39,865 nt of DNA, from the NCBI GenBank assembly GCA_043807225.1, contig JAZDGG010000060.1, positions 1 to 39,865 on the forward strand. The letters are read 5' to 3'. Each line of letters opens with the position of its first letter. The stretch's first letter is position 1. Shown piece after piece: positions 16,576-25,737 of this stretch. The notes below the pieces were generated by a model, which worked only from the letters and a program-made list of their open reading frames with translations, had not been told where the DNA came from and did no database searches. This DNA is from a bacterium (GTDB lineage: Bacteria; Patescibacteriota; Patescibacteriia; CAZCGY01). A program made the translations under genes and the position numbers.

Positions 16576-17634
16576 TTACCGCGGAACTTGCACGATGTAG
16601 AACATCACCCCGAGAACAGAGAGCACCGCGCCGATGACCCAAAAGCGCATGACGATCTTTTGCTCAGGCCAGCCGATTGCTTCAAGATGATGGTGAAAGG
16701 GGGCAGAGAGAAACACCTTCTTCTTTCGGATCTTTTTTGAAAGCACCTGCACGATGACCGAAAGCGATTCAAGAAGGAAGAGCAAGCCGATGATCGGGAG
16801 AAGAAGCGCCGTATTCGTTAACATCGCGACGATACCAAGGGTAACGCCGAGGGACATTGCACCCGTGTCGCCCATAAAAAACCGCGCGGGCGGAATGTTG
16901 AACCAGAGAAACGCGAGAAGCGCTCCGCAGATGACCGCGCAAAACGCCGCGAGTTCAATTCTCCCCTGAAGAAATGCGATGGCACCGAACGCAACGAACG
17001 CGGAGAGGAGCGTCCCCCCAGAAAGTCCGTCAAGCCCGTCAATTTCGTTCACCGAGAATGATGAAGCGACAATGATGAACACGAAAATCGGGATGTACCA
17101 GATGCCAACCGAGAGGTCGCCGAAAAACGGTATGTGAAACGTATCCCAATCAAGTTTATAAAAAAACCACACTGCCCCGACGAGCGCGATAAGCGTGTAG
17201 ATCAGCAGCCGGTGTTTCATCGACAGCCCTCCTCCTTTTGGCCCCATCCGCCTGACGTTGAAAAAATCGTCAACGAGCCCGACGAGCGCGGATGCAACCA
17301 GCGCACCGAGCGGCAAAAGCGTCTGCGATCGCGAGAGAAAATTGAGCTGATGAAACAGCGGAATCGTCGTCCATTTGGCGAGGGAGTAGAAGACAAGAGC
17401 GATCACGAGCGTCGTGACCCAGATCAGCAAACCGCCCATGACCGGCGTCCCCGATTTCTTCTGGTGCATCTGGGAGAAGATCGGCGTGTTCGGGTCGACG
17501 CGGATCGTCTTCCCGAGTTTGTATTTGTATAAAAAGTGGGTCAGCAGAGGGGTCCAGCACACGGTGACCACAAACGCAATGGTTGCGAGAAGAAATATTT
17601 TTGTTATCGCGGTGGTGCTGATGATCCCTTGCAT
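16576..17634 (-). CDS. mraY: Phospho-N-acetylmuramoyl-pentapeptide transferase
   Basis: HQKKSGTPVMGG, GLVDDF, VNEIDGLDGL, FLWFNIPPARFFMGDTG, APFHHHLE. Confidence 0.97.
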   Translation of the reverse strand: MQGIISTTAITKIFLLATIAFVVTVCWTPLLTHFLYKYKLGKTIRVDPNTPIFSQMHQKKSGTPVMGGLLIWVTTLVIALVFYSLAKWTTIPLFHQLNFLSRSQTLLPLGALVASALVGLVDDFFNVRRMGPKGGGLSMKHRLLIYTLIALVGAVWFFYKLDWDTFHIPFFGDLSVGIWYIPIFVFIIVASSFSVNEIDGLDGLSGGTLLSAFVAFGAIAFLQGRIELAAFCAVICGALLAFLWFNIPPARFFMGDTGAMSLGVTLGIVAMLTNTALLLPIIGLLFLLESLSVIVQVLSKKIRKKKVFLSAPFHHHLEAIGWPEQKIVMRFWVIGAVLSVLGVMFYIVQVPR

Positions 17635-17638
17635 TGGT

Positions 17639-17992
17639 TTACACTTGTTGAAGCATAAGATAGAGCGCCCAAAAGCAAATTGCTTGAAGAAATATACTGG
17701 TCAGGAGAAGAAAGTACGGAATGACTTTTTCTCTTTTCTGCAGGATGAGAGAGAGAACACTGTTGACGCATAACGCCAGAAGTCCTGCCGCAGGAATCAG
17801 CAAAAGATACCACCACGGACCAACTAGGTCAATGCCAAAGTAGATGTTATAATGGAGCGGAATATTTTGCGTTTGCGGCTCTACTCGCGAAGAGAGAAAG
17901 AGCCAGAGAACGCTATTTTCAAGCAATGCAAAGAGGGATCCAAAAAAAAGAAAACGGTCTTTGAAGAAATCGCGAAGATGGCTCAGCACCAT
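17639..17992 (-). CDS. Small conserved membrane protein (about 3 TM; PLHYNIYFGID motif)
   Basis: Hydrophobic 117-aa ORF from the ATG at 17992, ending 4 bp before mraY. The longer ORF-track start overlaps the divergent gene. Confidence 0.75.
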   Translation of the reverse strand: MVLSHLRDFFKDRFLFFGSLFALLENSVLWLFLSSRVEPQTQNIPLHYNIYFGIDLVGPWWYLLLIPAAGLLALCVNSVLSLILQKREKVIPYFLLLTSIFLQAICFWALYLMLQQV

Positions 17993-18013
17993 TCGTTTAT
18001 GGGTTCTCTGTTC

Positions 18014-19819
18014 ATGAAAAAGTTCTCGGTGGTCTTTATTCTTCCTGCGGTTGCGATTCTCGTTGGCATGTTTGTCGTCCAATTGACAAGCGCGAGAACT
18101 GAATCACAGACTGTCGATGAAGGCGTCCATCTCACCGCAGGGTATTCCTATTGGAAGACGGGAGATTTTCGATTAAACCCCGAACATCCTCCCATTGTCA
18201 AACTCCTCGCTAGTGTACCACTCCTCTTTCTCCCGATCCACCTGCCACTCTCGGATCCCTCATGGAACAACCGAGACGAATGGGCGTTCGCGCGCCACTT
18301 TCTCTACGAGAATACCGTTCACGCCGACTGGATTCTCCTTCTCGGGAGAATCCCCATGATGCTCCTCGGCGTTGTTCTTGCCCTCTGCGTCGGTTTGTGG
18401 TCCCGAAAACTCTGGGGGACGTTGGCCGGCCTTCTCTCCCTCACGCTCTGCGCGTTTGACCCTACCATCCTCGCACACTCTCGGTACGTCACAACGGACG
18501 TCGGCATTGCGCTGTTCTTCTTTCTGACAATCTACTTCTTCGGCCGTTACCTCGAACAGCCGGGCATTCGCCGCTGGTGGCTGGTTGCGCTCTTTTTCGT
18601 TCTCGCACAGCTGTCAAAATTTTCTGCGGTGCTGCTCTGGGGCATCCTCCCGATCATTTGGTTCCTTCGTCATTGGGTCGGCGATCATCAGCATGCGTTC
18701 GGCCTGCGTCGCGCACTGTTGTTCTTTCTCTCCTTGCTGCTCGCAACCAATCTCTCCGCGTTCGTCGTGTACGGATTCGAATTCAAACTCCCATTCGCAG
18801 ATCCCGGGCTTGCGGGGGTCTATCAAAGCGGACAGCCGTGGCAACCAGACGTTCTTCGACAGCAGCCGCCGCTTGCACAGAGCATCCTCAACATCACCAA
18901 GCCCAGGACGATCTCCGGCGCACTCATCCGTTTTGGTTTTGCGCACATCCCACTTCCCGCCTACTCATACTTTCGCGGACTTGCGAGCGTTACCTGGCAC
19001 GAATACTGGGGCCACATGGCGTACCTCCTCGGAAATTTTCGTACGACAGGATGGTGGTATTACTTCCCCGTCGCTTTTCTGGTCAAAACACCTTTTGCGA
19101 CGATCATCCTCCTCGGGCTTACCCTCATCTATCTCGCGCGTCTCTTTTTTGACCGCCTTATCTCCTACCGCCAACGCGGGAGGGATTCTGTACTACAGAA
19201 GGCGCTGTTCAGTTATCGGTCGGCGGATTTTTCGTACACGCTGCTCATCATCCCTCCGCTCGTGTATTTCCTCATCAGCTGCACAAACAAAATTGATCTT
19301 GGTATCCGCCACCTCCTCCCCATCTATCCGTTCCTGTTCGTTCTCATCGGCAGTCTCACCACCGTCAAATTCTCCAGACTCCAACCGGCATGGCACGCGC
19401 TCTTGTATTCCTTTGTGGCTCTCTTTTTCATCGGTTCTGCGATAACCTATCCGTACTATCTCGCATACTTTTCTGAGCTTGTTGGAGGCCCAAACCAGGG
19501 AGCGCGGTATCTCACCGACTCAAACCTTGACTGGGGGCAAGAGCTAAAAGCACTCGGTCGGTACATGGATGACCAGCACATTCCATTCGTCTACATCGTC
19601 TACTTCGGCCAGGCGCCACTCAACGCGTATTTGAAAGGTTATCGTTTTCTGCCGACGATCAGCTCCCCAGATGCGATTGCACAACTCGACGGTTGGGTGG
19701 CAATCAGCGCCACCGCGCTCTTCGACGCATCCGGCAGTTATGACTGGCTCCGCCGGCTCCATCCGACGACAAAAATTGGGTATGCGATCTTTCTCTACGA
19801 TCTGCGCAAACAGCAGTAG
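18014..19819 (+). CDS. GT-C fold glycosyltransferase (ArnT/PMT-like, polyprenyl-phosphate-sugar dependent)
   Basis: TVDEGVH (DE motif), NPEHPP, AHSRYVTTD, LSKFS, WWYYFP..FLVKTP, GIRHLLP, DSNLDWGQ; many TM helices. Start at ATG 18014 or 17999. Confidence 0.88.
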   Translation: MKKFSVVFILPAVAILVGMFVVQLTSARTESQTVDEGVHLTAGYSYWKTGDFRLNPEHPPIVKLLASVPLLFLPIHLPLSDPSWNNRDEWAFARHFLYENTVHADWILLLGRIPMMLLGVVLALCVGLWSRKLWGTLAGLLSLTLCAFDPTILAHSRYVTTDVGIALFFFLTIYFFGRYLEQPGIRRWWLVALFFVLAQLSKFSAVLLWGILPIIWFLRHWVGDHQHAFGLRRALLFFLSLLLATNLSAFVVYGFEFKLPFADPGLAGVYQSGQPWQPDVLRQQPPLAQSILNITKPRTISGALIRFGFAHIPLPAYSYFRGLASVTWHEYWGHMAYLLGNFRTTGWWYYFPVAFLVKTPFATIILLGLTLIYLARLFFDRLISYRQRGRDSVLQKALFSYRSADFSYTLLIIPPLVYFLISCTNKIDLGIRHLLPIYPFLFVLIGSLTTVKFSRLQPAWHALLYSFVALFFIGSAITYPYYLAYFSELVGGPNQGARYLTDSNLDWGQELKALGRYMDDQHIPFVYIVYFGQAPLNAYLKGYRFLPTISSPDAIAQLDGWVAISATALFDASGSYDWLRRLHPTTKIGYAIFLYDLRKQQ

Positions 19820-19848
19820 AGAAGAGCGAACAGGGCACGGAATAGCGT

Positions 19849-19878
19849 TTGACGATGACGGGGTATTTTTGCTATACT
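19849..19878 (+). promoter_or_regulatory. Pilus operon promoter, TTGACG-N18-TATACT with extended TG
   Basis: TTGACG atgacggggtattttTGc TATACT. Confidence 0.65.
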
Positions 19879-19984
19879 GAGCGACCCTGCTGACTCCTGC
19901 GCCGCAACAGAGAAAAGAAAAAATCAATAACAGAGTTGAACGGAGGCATCAGGGAGATTCGGTTCACTTTTCCCGCAATCTTCA

Positions 19985-21724
19985 ATGTTTCGTGATGCGC
20001 TAGTCCAAAAAGTCGTTTCGGAGGCGGAAATTCTCACTCCTCAGCAGATTGAGGAGGCAACGGAACAGGCAAAAGAAAGGCACGAACCGCTTGATCGGTA
20101 CCTCGAGCAGAAGAAGCTTGTCACCGAGAATCTCCTGTACGAGGCGGTCGCAAGTCATTACCACCTGCCGTTTGTCGATCTCAAAAATCAGAATATCCGG
20201 CGAGATGTTCTCCGGCTCATTCCAGAGGCCGTTGCGCAATCGCATGTCCTCGTGCCGTTCGATCAGACTGCCGACGAGATAAAAATCGCTGGAACGAACC
20301 CCGACGATCTGCTCGCAACGGAATTTCTCCGCCGCAAGCTTGGCCCGAAGGCGAAGTTTTACCTTACGAGTCCTTCGAGTGCAAAAGAAGCGCTGCAGCA
20401 GTTCCACAAAGGCCTCAAGGCGGAATTTAAGGAGATCACCAAGATCCAAGAGGGTCAGGTCGGCGCAGAAGCCGAGTCTGGTGAAAAACTCAAGGAGCTG
20501 GCTCACGATCTCCCCGTCGTGCGCATCGTCGATACGTTACTCGAGTATGCAATCTACGAAGGAGCGTCTGACGTCCATATTGAACCGACGGAAAAAGAAT
20601 CCGTCGTGCGCTACCGCGTTGACGGGATTCTCCGCGATGTGATGACGCTGCCGAGAACGATCCAGCCCGGGGTCGTCGCCCGAATCAAAATCCTTGCAAA
20701 TCTCAAACTGGATGAACACCGGCTCCCCCAGGATGGACGGATGAAAATTGCAACGGAGGAATACAAAGTCTCCATCCGCGTCTCAATTATTCCGGTGTAC
20801 GACGGCGAGAAGATCGTGCTTCGCGTCCTCAACGAATCCGCGCAGGTGCTGTCCCTCGAGCAGCTCGGTCTCCTCCCGGCACCGCTGGATATTTTGAAGC
20901 GCAACATCCAAAAACCACACGGCATGATTCTCGTGACCGGTCCGACGGGATCGGGAAAAACGACCACCCTCTACACCGTCATGAACATTCTGAATACGGC
21001 TGACGTGAACATCTCGACGATTGAAGATCCAATCGAATACCGCATGCCGCGCATCAACCAAAGCCAGGTGGCACCAAAAATCGGCTTCACGTTCGCAAAC
21101 GGCCTCCGCTCGCTCCTCCGGCAAGACCCGGATATCATCATGGTCGGGGAAATCCGCGATAACGAAACGGCGGAGATTGCCGTGCACTCAGCAATGACGG
21201 GGCACCTCGTCCTCTCCACGCTTCACACGAACGATGCGGTGACCACCCTGCCGCGTTTGACCGAGATGAACGTTCCGTCGTTCCTCGTCGCAACAACGAC
21301 GAATTTAGTAATCGGTCAGAGATTGGTACGAAAAATCTGTACGCATTGTGTCATGAGCTATACCCTCACGAAAAAAAATATCGAGGAGCTGGAAAAACAG
21401 GTCAACTTTGATTTTATCCTCGACGCGCTCGAAAAACATGGGGCGATCGCGTCAAAGAAGCAATCATTCACTACGCTCTTGTTCTTCCGCGGACATGGGT
21501 GTAAACAGTGCAGCAATACCGGCTACAAAGGTCGAATCGGTATCTATGAGCTCCTGGAGGTGACACCGAAGATCCGTGAAGCGATCACGAACAATGTTTC
21601 TTCTGCGCAGCTTTTTCAACTCGCCCTTGAACAAGGGATGATTACCATGCTTCAGGACGGATTTCTCAAAGCGAAAAACGGCATTACCACCATCGAAGAA
21701 GTCCTTCGCGTTACCAAGGAATAG
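19985..21724 (+). CDS. pilB: Type IV pilus assembly ATPase (PilB/GspE)
   Basis: ASDVHIEP, RYRVDG, RLPQDGR, GPTGSGKTTTLY, EDPIEY, LRQDPDIIMVGEIRD, TGHLVLSTLHTN, and Zn motifs CTHC/CKQC. Confidence 0.95.
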   Translation: MFRDALVQKVVSEAEILTPQQIEEATEQAKERHEPLDRYLEQKKLVTENLLYEAVASHYHLPFVDLKNQNIRRDVLRLIPEAVAQSHVLVPFDQTADEIKIAGTNPDDLLATEFLRRKLGPKAKFYLTSPSSAKEALQQFHKGLKAEFKEITKIQEGQVGAEAESGEKLKELAHDLPVVRIVDTLLEYAIYEGASDVHIEPTEKESVVRYRVDGILRDVMTLPRTIQPGVVARIKILANLKLDEHRLPQDGRMKIATEEYKVSIRVSIIPVYDGEKIVLRVLNESAQVLSLEQLGLLPAPLDILKRNIQKPHGMILVTGPTGSGKTTTLYTVMNILNTADVNISTIEDPIEYRMPRINQSQVAPKIGFTFANGLRSLLRQDPDIIMVGEIRDNETAEIAVHSAMTGHLVLSTLHTNDAVTTLPRLTEMNVPSFLVATTTNLVIGQRLVRKICTHCVMSYTLTKKNIEELEKQVNFDFILDALEKHGAIASKKQSFTTLLFFRGHGCKQCSNTGYKGRIGIYELLEVTPKIREAITNNVSSAQLFQLALEQGMITMLQDGFLKAKNGITTIEEVLRVTKE

Positions 21725-21725
21725 T

Positions 21726-22955
21726 ATGAAAACATTCTCCTACATCGCGCAAACGGCAGTCGGGGTCACCTCGTCGGGATCGATTGATGCGCAGGATGAG
21801 CGAGACGCCCGTCAGCAATTGCAGTCGCACGGGCTGACGGTGAATTCGCTCGAACTCTCATCGAAAGACGCCAAAGGGAAAACGCGCGGATTTCTCCCCA
21901 GATTTCTCGAAAAACTCCAAGGAGTTTCGTTAACCGAGAAGGCGCTGTTTACGCACAATCTCTATATCATGACAAAGAGCGGCATTCCGCTCGCGCAGTC
22001 ACTCAGCATCCTCCGCGAACAGACAAAAAACAAACGCTTTCAATCCGTTCTCCAAGATTGCCAGACGTCGCTCGAACGCGGAGAATCGTTTGCAAAAATC
22101 CTCAGCAGGTACCCAAAATACTTCTCTGAGGTGTACGTGAATATGATTTCTGCCGGTGAGGCGAGCGGAAAGCTCGAAACGATTCTCGAACAACTTGCCC
22201 GCCAGCTCAAAAAGGAGCGCACGCTGATCGCAAAGGTGCGCGGCGCAATGACCTACCCGATCATCGTCGTCACCGCCATGGTTGGTATCGGAGTTGCGAT
22301 GATGATTTTCGTCATTCCAAAAATTACCGACATTTACAAAGAATCTGGAGCAAGTCTCCCCCTCCCGACGCAAATCTTGATCAGGATGAGTGATTTTCTC
22401 ACGAAGAATGGTTTGCTGAGCGCTGGCATCTTCATTGCGCTTCTCTTCTTTCTGCGATTCCTCTTTCGAACGCCAAGGGGAAAATCTGCGATGCATGCGT
22501 TGTTCCTCCGCGTCCCGATCGGCGGGACGATAATAAAGAAAATTCACCTTGCGCGCTTTTCCCGTACGCTGCAATCGCTTTTAAAAACCGACATCCCCAT
22601 CGTTCAATCCTTTCAAATCATCGAACACACCCTCAGCAATGTGCACTATCAGCGTTCAATTCATGAGGCGGCGGAGGCACTGAAAAAAGGCATAACCATC
22701 GTTGAGTCGCTGAGGAAGTGGCCAAAGCTCTTCCCTCCCATGGTGACGCAGATGATTGCTATCGGGGAAGAAAGCGGCCGACTCGACGAGCTGACCGATG
22801 AAATCGCGAATTTCTATGAAGAAGACGTCGATGAAACAATGAACAGTTTCTCCTCGATCATCGAGCCGGTGCTCCTCCTCATCCTCGGTCTTGCCGTCGG
22901 CGCGATGGCGGTTGCCATCCTCCTCCCCATGTACTCGCTCACAGAGCAAATCTAA
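21726..22955 (+). CDS. pilC: Type IV pilus platform protein (PilC/GspF)
   Basis: Two GspF repeats: SGIPL, AGEASGKL, AMTYP, LPLPTQ, IGEESGRL, IIEP. Confidence 0.95.
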   Translation: MKTFSYIAQTAVGVTSSGSIDAQDERDARQQLQSHGLTVNSLELSSKDAKGKTRGFLPRFLEKLQGVSLTEKALFTHNLYIMTKSGIPLAQSLSILREQTKNKRFQSVLQDCQTSLERGESFAKILSRYPKYFSEVYVNMISAGEASGKLETILEQLARQLKKERTLIAKVRGAMTYPIIVVTAMVGIGVAMMIFVIPKITDIYKESGASLPLPTQILIRMSDFLTKNGLLSAGIFIALLFFLRFLFRTPRGKSAMHALFLRVPIGGTIIKKIHLARFSRTLQSLLKTDIPIVQSFQIIEHTLSNVHYQRSIHEAAEALKKGITIVESLRKWPKLFPPMVTQMIAIGEESGRLDELTDEIANFYEEDVDETMNSFSSIIEPVLLLILGLAVGAMAVAILLPMYSLTEQI

Positions 22956-22958
22956 CCG

Positions 22959-24011
22959 ATGCTTTTCTTAAAGAAACGTCATCCGAAAAACCTTCCCGTC
23001 TTTGGCCTTGATATTGAATCCGAGTGCGTCCGATGCGTGTTTTTCGATCCGCGTCACCCACGACAGCGACTTCTCAGAGCGGCAACGCACATCACGCTCC
23101 CCGGTACCGCAATCGAATCCGGAATCATTCGCACCCCCGACGCTGTCGTTGCCGCGCTGAAAGAACTGCTCATGCAAAATAAAAAATTACGTTTGCCTCC
23201 TTCTGCCTCCGTTGGGCTCCCTGATGAGCAGTGCTACGTACTTACGGTCATGCTTGCGCGCTCCGACACTCGTGCGATCGGAGAGGCAATTCGCTGGGAG
23301 ATTGCACAGCACGTTCCTTTTGGCATCGAAGAGTTGTACGTTGACTGGTCAGAAGTGAGCGCAAATGGCGAGCGAAGTATCTACCAGGTTGCTGCTGCCC
23401 CCAAAACCCTTGTTGACCCGCTCATCGCCGTGCTTGATGAGGTAGGGATTCTGCCGGTCGCGCTTGAAGTATCAAGTCTTGCGCTGCTGCGGATGTTGCG
23501 GATACCGCCAGGGAACACTATCGTCCTTTCTACCGGGCAATCCTCGACAACGCTCTCTCTGCTCACGAGCCAAGGAATCCCGCTCTCGCTGAACTCTTCG
23601 GTCTTTTCTGGAAGAACATTGACCTCCATTCTCACGAAGCAGTTACAACTCGACGCGCATGAAGCAGAAATGGCCAAGAGCATCTTTGGCTTTGACCCCA
23701 CAGAAAACCAGGGGGTTGTGCGGCAAGCCCTTCTCCCAGAACTCAAGATGCTCATCAACCTGATCCAGCGTGCTCTCGATTTTCTCGCGACACTCGAACC
23801 AACCGCACCGTGCCGCGATCTGGTGCTCGCTGGCAGTCAGTCAAATATACGATCCCTGAGCGAGGAGCTGAGACTGAAAACCCATCTGCATGTTCACGTC
23901 CAGCCGTACCATCGCTTGACGATCCCCGAACACCACCACCGTGCCCTTCTTGCAGAAAGAGAGCTCGCGGACTATGCGATCTGCTGCGGGCTTGCCCTCC
24001 CACACCAATGA
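22959..24011 (+). CDS. pilM: PilM-like actin-fold pilus assembly protein
   Basis: FGLDI, IESGII, AIRWEIAQHVPF..EELYVDW, VAAAPK, VALEVSSLALLR; position in the operon. Confidence 0.8.
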   Translation: MLFLKKRHPKNLPVFGLDIESECVRCVFFDPRHPRQRLLRAATHITLPGTAIESGIIRTPDAVVAALKELLMQNKKLRLPPSASVGLPDEQCYVLTVMLARSDTRAIGEAIRWEIAQHVPFGIEELYVDWSEVSANGERSIYQVAAAPKTLVDPLIAVLDEVGILPVALEVSSLALLRMLRIPPGNTIVLSTGQSSTTLSLLTSQGIPLSLNSSVFSGRTLTSILTKQLQLDAHEAEMAKSIFGFDPTENQGVVRQALLPELKMLINLIQRALDFLATLEPTAPCRDLVLAGSQSNIRSLSEELRLKTHLHVHVQPYHRLTIPEHHHRALLAERELADYAICCGLALPHQ

Positions 24012-24559
24012 AACCGACTCCATTCCTCAACCTTCTTTCTCCTGACCGCAAGCGACAGCTGCAACAACTGCTCGTCTACCGTGCTCTGCAGCGGTCTTCT
24101 CTCTTCCTTCTCTTCTTCCTCTTCATTGTGACGATCATCCTCTGGGGATCGACGTACACGCTTGAGCGCGAGCGCGAGCAGCAACACGCTCGGACACGGG
24201 AAACGGAGATCCAGCTTTCTGGGAAGAATGGATCGTCGCTTGATCAGCAGATTCTGGACTTCAACACCTTTCTGACAACCGTTCGGGGCCTCCAGGTTGG
24301 GTACACTCGGTGGACGCCCATCCTCTCTGAACTCCTCTCCCAACTTCCGGCCGGAATCGTCCTCGCTCAGCTCGAGTTGCAGTCAGACACAAAAACCCTC
24401 CTTCTCCGCGGCACAGCTGCACAGCGGGACGATCTCCTCCAGCTAGAAGATGCTCTCTCGCGCTCCCGCACGTTTCAAAATCCGACGGCACCAATCTCCA
24501 ACCTTCTGCAAAAAGAGGGTATCGACTTTGAAATTCACGCAACACTCCTTCTCCAATGA
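24008..24559 (+). CDS. pilN: PilN-like protein
   Basis: MKPTPFLNLLSP (NLLP-like PilM-binding motif), one TM, coiled coil, W...L.EL...LP.GI.L, LRGTA. ATGA overlap with pilM. Confidence 0.75.
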   Translation: MKPTPFLNLLSPDRKRQLQQLLVYRALQRSSLFLLFFLFIVTIILWGSTYTLEREREQQHARTRETEIQLSGKNGSSLDQQILDFNTFLTTVRGLQVGYTRWTPILSELLSQLPAGIVLAQLELQSDTKTLLLRGTAAQRDDLLQLEDALSRSRTFQNPTAPISNLLQKEGIDFEIHATLLLQ

Positions 24560-25074
24560 CCAGTTTGCAAAAAAAGATCCTCATTTTCTCCTCGATCGTC
24601 GCGGCAGGAACTCTGGCCTGGACCCTTGTGCTGTTGCTCCCACTCCAACACAAGCTTCAGCAAGAGCATCTTGCGGTCTACAATGAGCGCATCAAGAACG
24701 AGGTGGCAAAGACCCAGCTGAAAAATCTTGAAACGACTCAGCGAGAGTACAAGCGGCTGTCGTCAACGACCGAGCAGCTCCAGCACTTCTTCGTCTCTAA
24801 AACGAACGTCCTTTCGTTTATTTCTTCACTCGAAGCATCAGCGGCAAAAACACATGTATCACAGAAAATCGATAACTTACAAGAGCCGTCTGGAACGACA
24901 AAAAACAGCACCTTTCAGCTTCACGTCAGCGGAACGTCGTTGGATGTACTCTCCTACATTTCCGAAATCGAACGGTCGGAGTACTATCTTTCGATTTCTC
25001 AAATACGCATGACGAGGTCGGAGGGCGCCTCTTCGGTGAACCTCTCACTCCAAGTAACTGTGCAATGGCTATGA
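24556..25074 (+). CDS. pilO: PilO-like protein
   Basis: N-terminal TM, coiled coil, [32 protein letters not shown] overlap with pilN. Confidence 0.7.
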   Translation: MTSLQKKILIFSSIVAAGTLAWTLVLLLPLQHKLQQEHLAVYNERIKNEVAKTQLKNLETTQREYKRLSSTTEQLQHFFVSKTNVLSFISSLEASAAKTHVSQKIDNLQEPSGTTKNSTFQLHVSGTSLDVLSYISEIERSEYYLSISQIRMTRSEGASSVNLSLQVTVQWL

Positions 25075-25364
25075 CGCGTCTCCCAAAAATCACCATTCGT
25101 CTCAAGAAGCCTTCCGATCCGATCGCCCTCGGCCAGGCCATCGGTGGGTTCCTGCTCCTTGGCTACAGCATCTGGCTGCTCATACTGCTCTACCAAACTG
25201 TAATCAGGGATGTTTATGCACCTCAGCCGATTGACCCTTCTCAATTGACGGCAAACCAGCAACAGGTGAACAAAAAACTCCTCGAAACGATTACGACATT
25301 CGATGCACAGCGAAAAACCCCGACAGATTTTTCCGCGATCCGCGATCCTTTTTCTCCTCTTTGA
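25071..25364 (+). CDS. Short single-TM protein in the pilP position, ending in RDPF
   Basis: ATG at 25071 overlaps the pilO stop; one TM; C-terminus [12 protein letters not shown]. Confidence 0.7.
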   Translation: MTRLPKITIRLKKPSDPIALGQAIGGFLLLGYSIWLLILLYQTVIRDVYAPQPIDPSQLTANQQQVNKKLLETITTFDAQRKTPTDFSAIRDPFSPL

Positions 25365-25391
25365 ACGTGGAATGACGTGTGCGTACTGGGG

Positions 25392-25420
25392 TTGACCCGT
25401 CCGCCCTGTTCGACTATACT
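25392..25420 (+). promoter_or_regulatory. rpmA promoter, TTGACC-N17-TATACT
   Basis: TTGACC cgtccgccctgttcgac TATACT. Confidence 0.7.
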
Positions 25421-25446
25421 GCCAGGGCAATTCATCTTTTTCATCT

Positions 25447-25737
25447 ATGGCACATACAAAAGCCGGCGGATCCACGCATCTTGGACGCGATTCCCAAAGC
25501 AAACGACTAGGCATTAAACGATTTTCTGGAGAGCACATCCGTGCGGGGAGCATCCTCGTTCGCCAGCGCGGAACTAAGTATCATCCAGGGAAGAATGTCG
25601 ATCGGGGGAGCGACGATACGCTTTTTGCGCTCGTTGACGGCGTTGTCGCATTTCAAGAAAAAAAACGCCGCCGGTACAATGGTGTCCTCACCCGGTCGAC
25701 GTACGTCCACGTCCTTCCTGCTCAGCGTGTGACGTAG
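25447..25737 (+). CDS. rpmA: 50S ribosomal protein L27
   Basis: [24 protein letters not shown]...[25 protein letters not shown]. Confidence 0.98.
   Translation: MAHTKAGGSTHLGRDSQSKRLGIKRFSGEHIRAGSILVRQRGTKYHPGKNVDRGSDDTLFALVDGVVAFQEKKRRRYNGVLTRSTYVHVLPAQRVT

Noticed and set aside
19885-19984. Superficial resemblance of the pilB leader to the c-di-AMP (ydaO) riboswitch 5' half
   Set aside because: The conserved 3' half (CCCGUCAGCUAAC...) is absent. Kept only as an unnamed structured leader.
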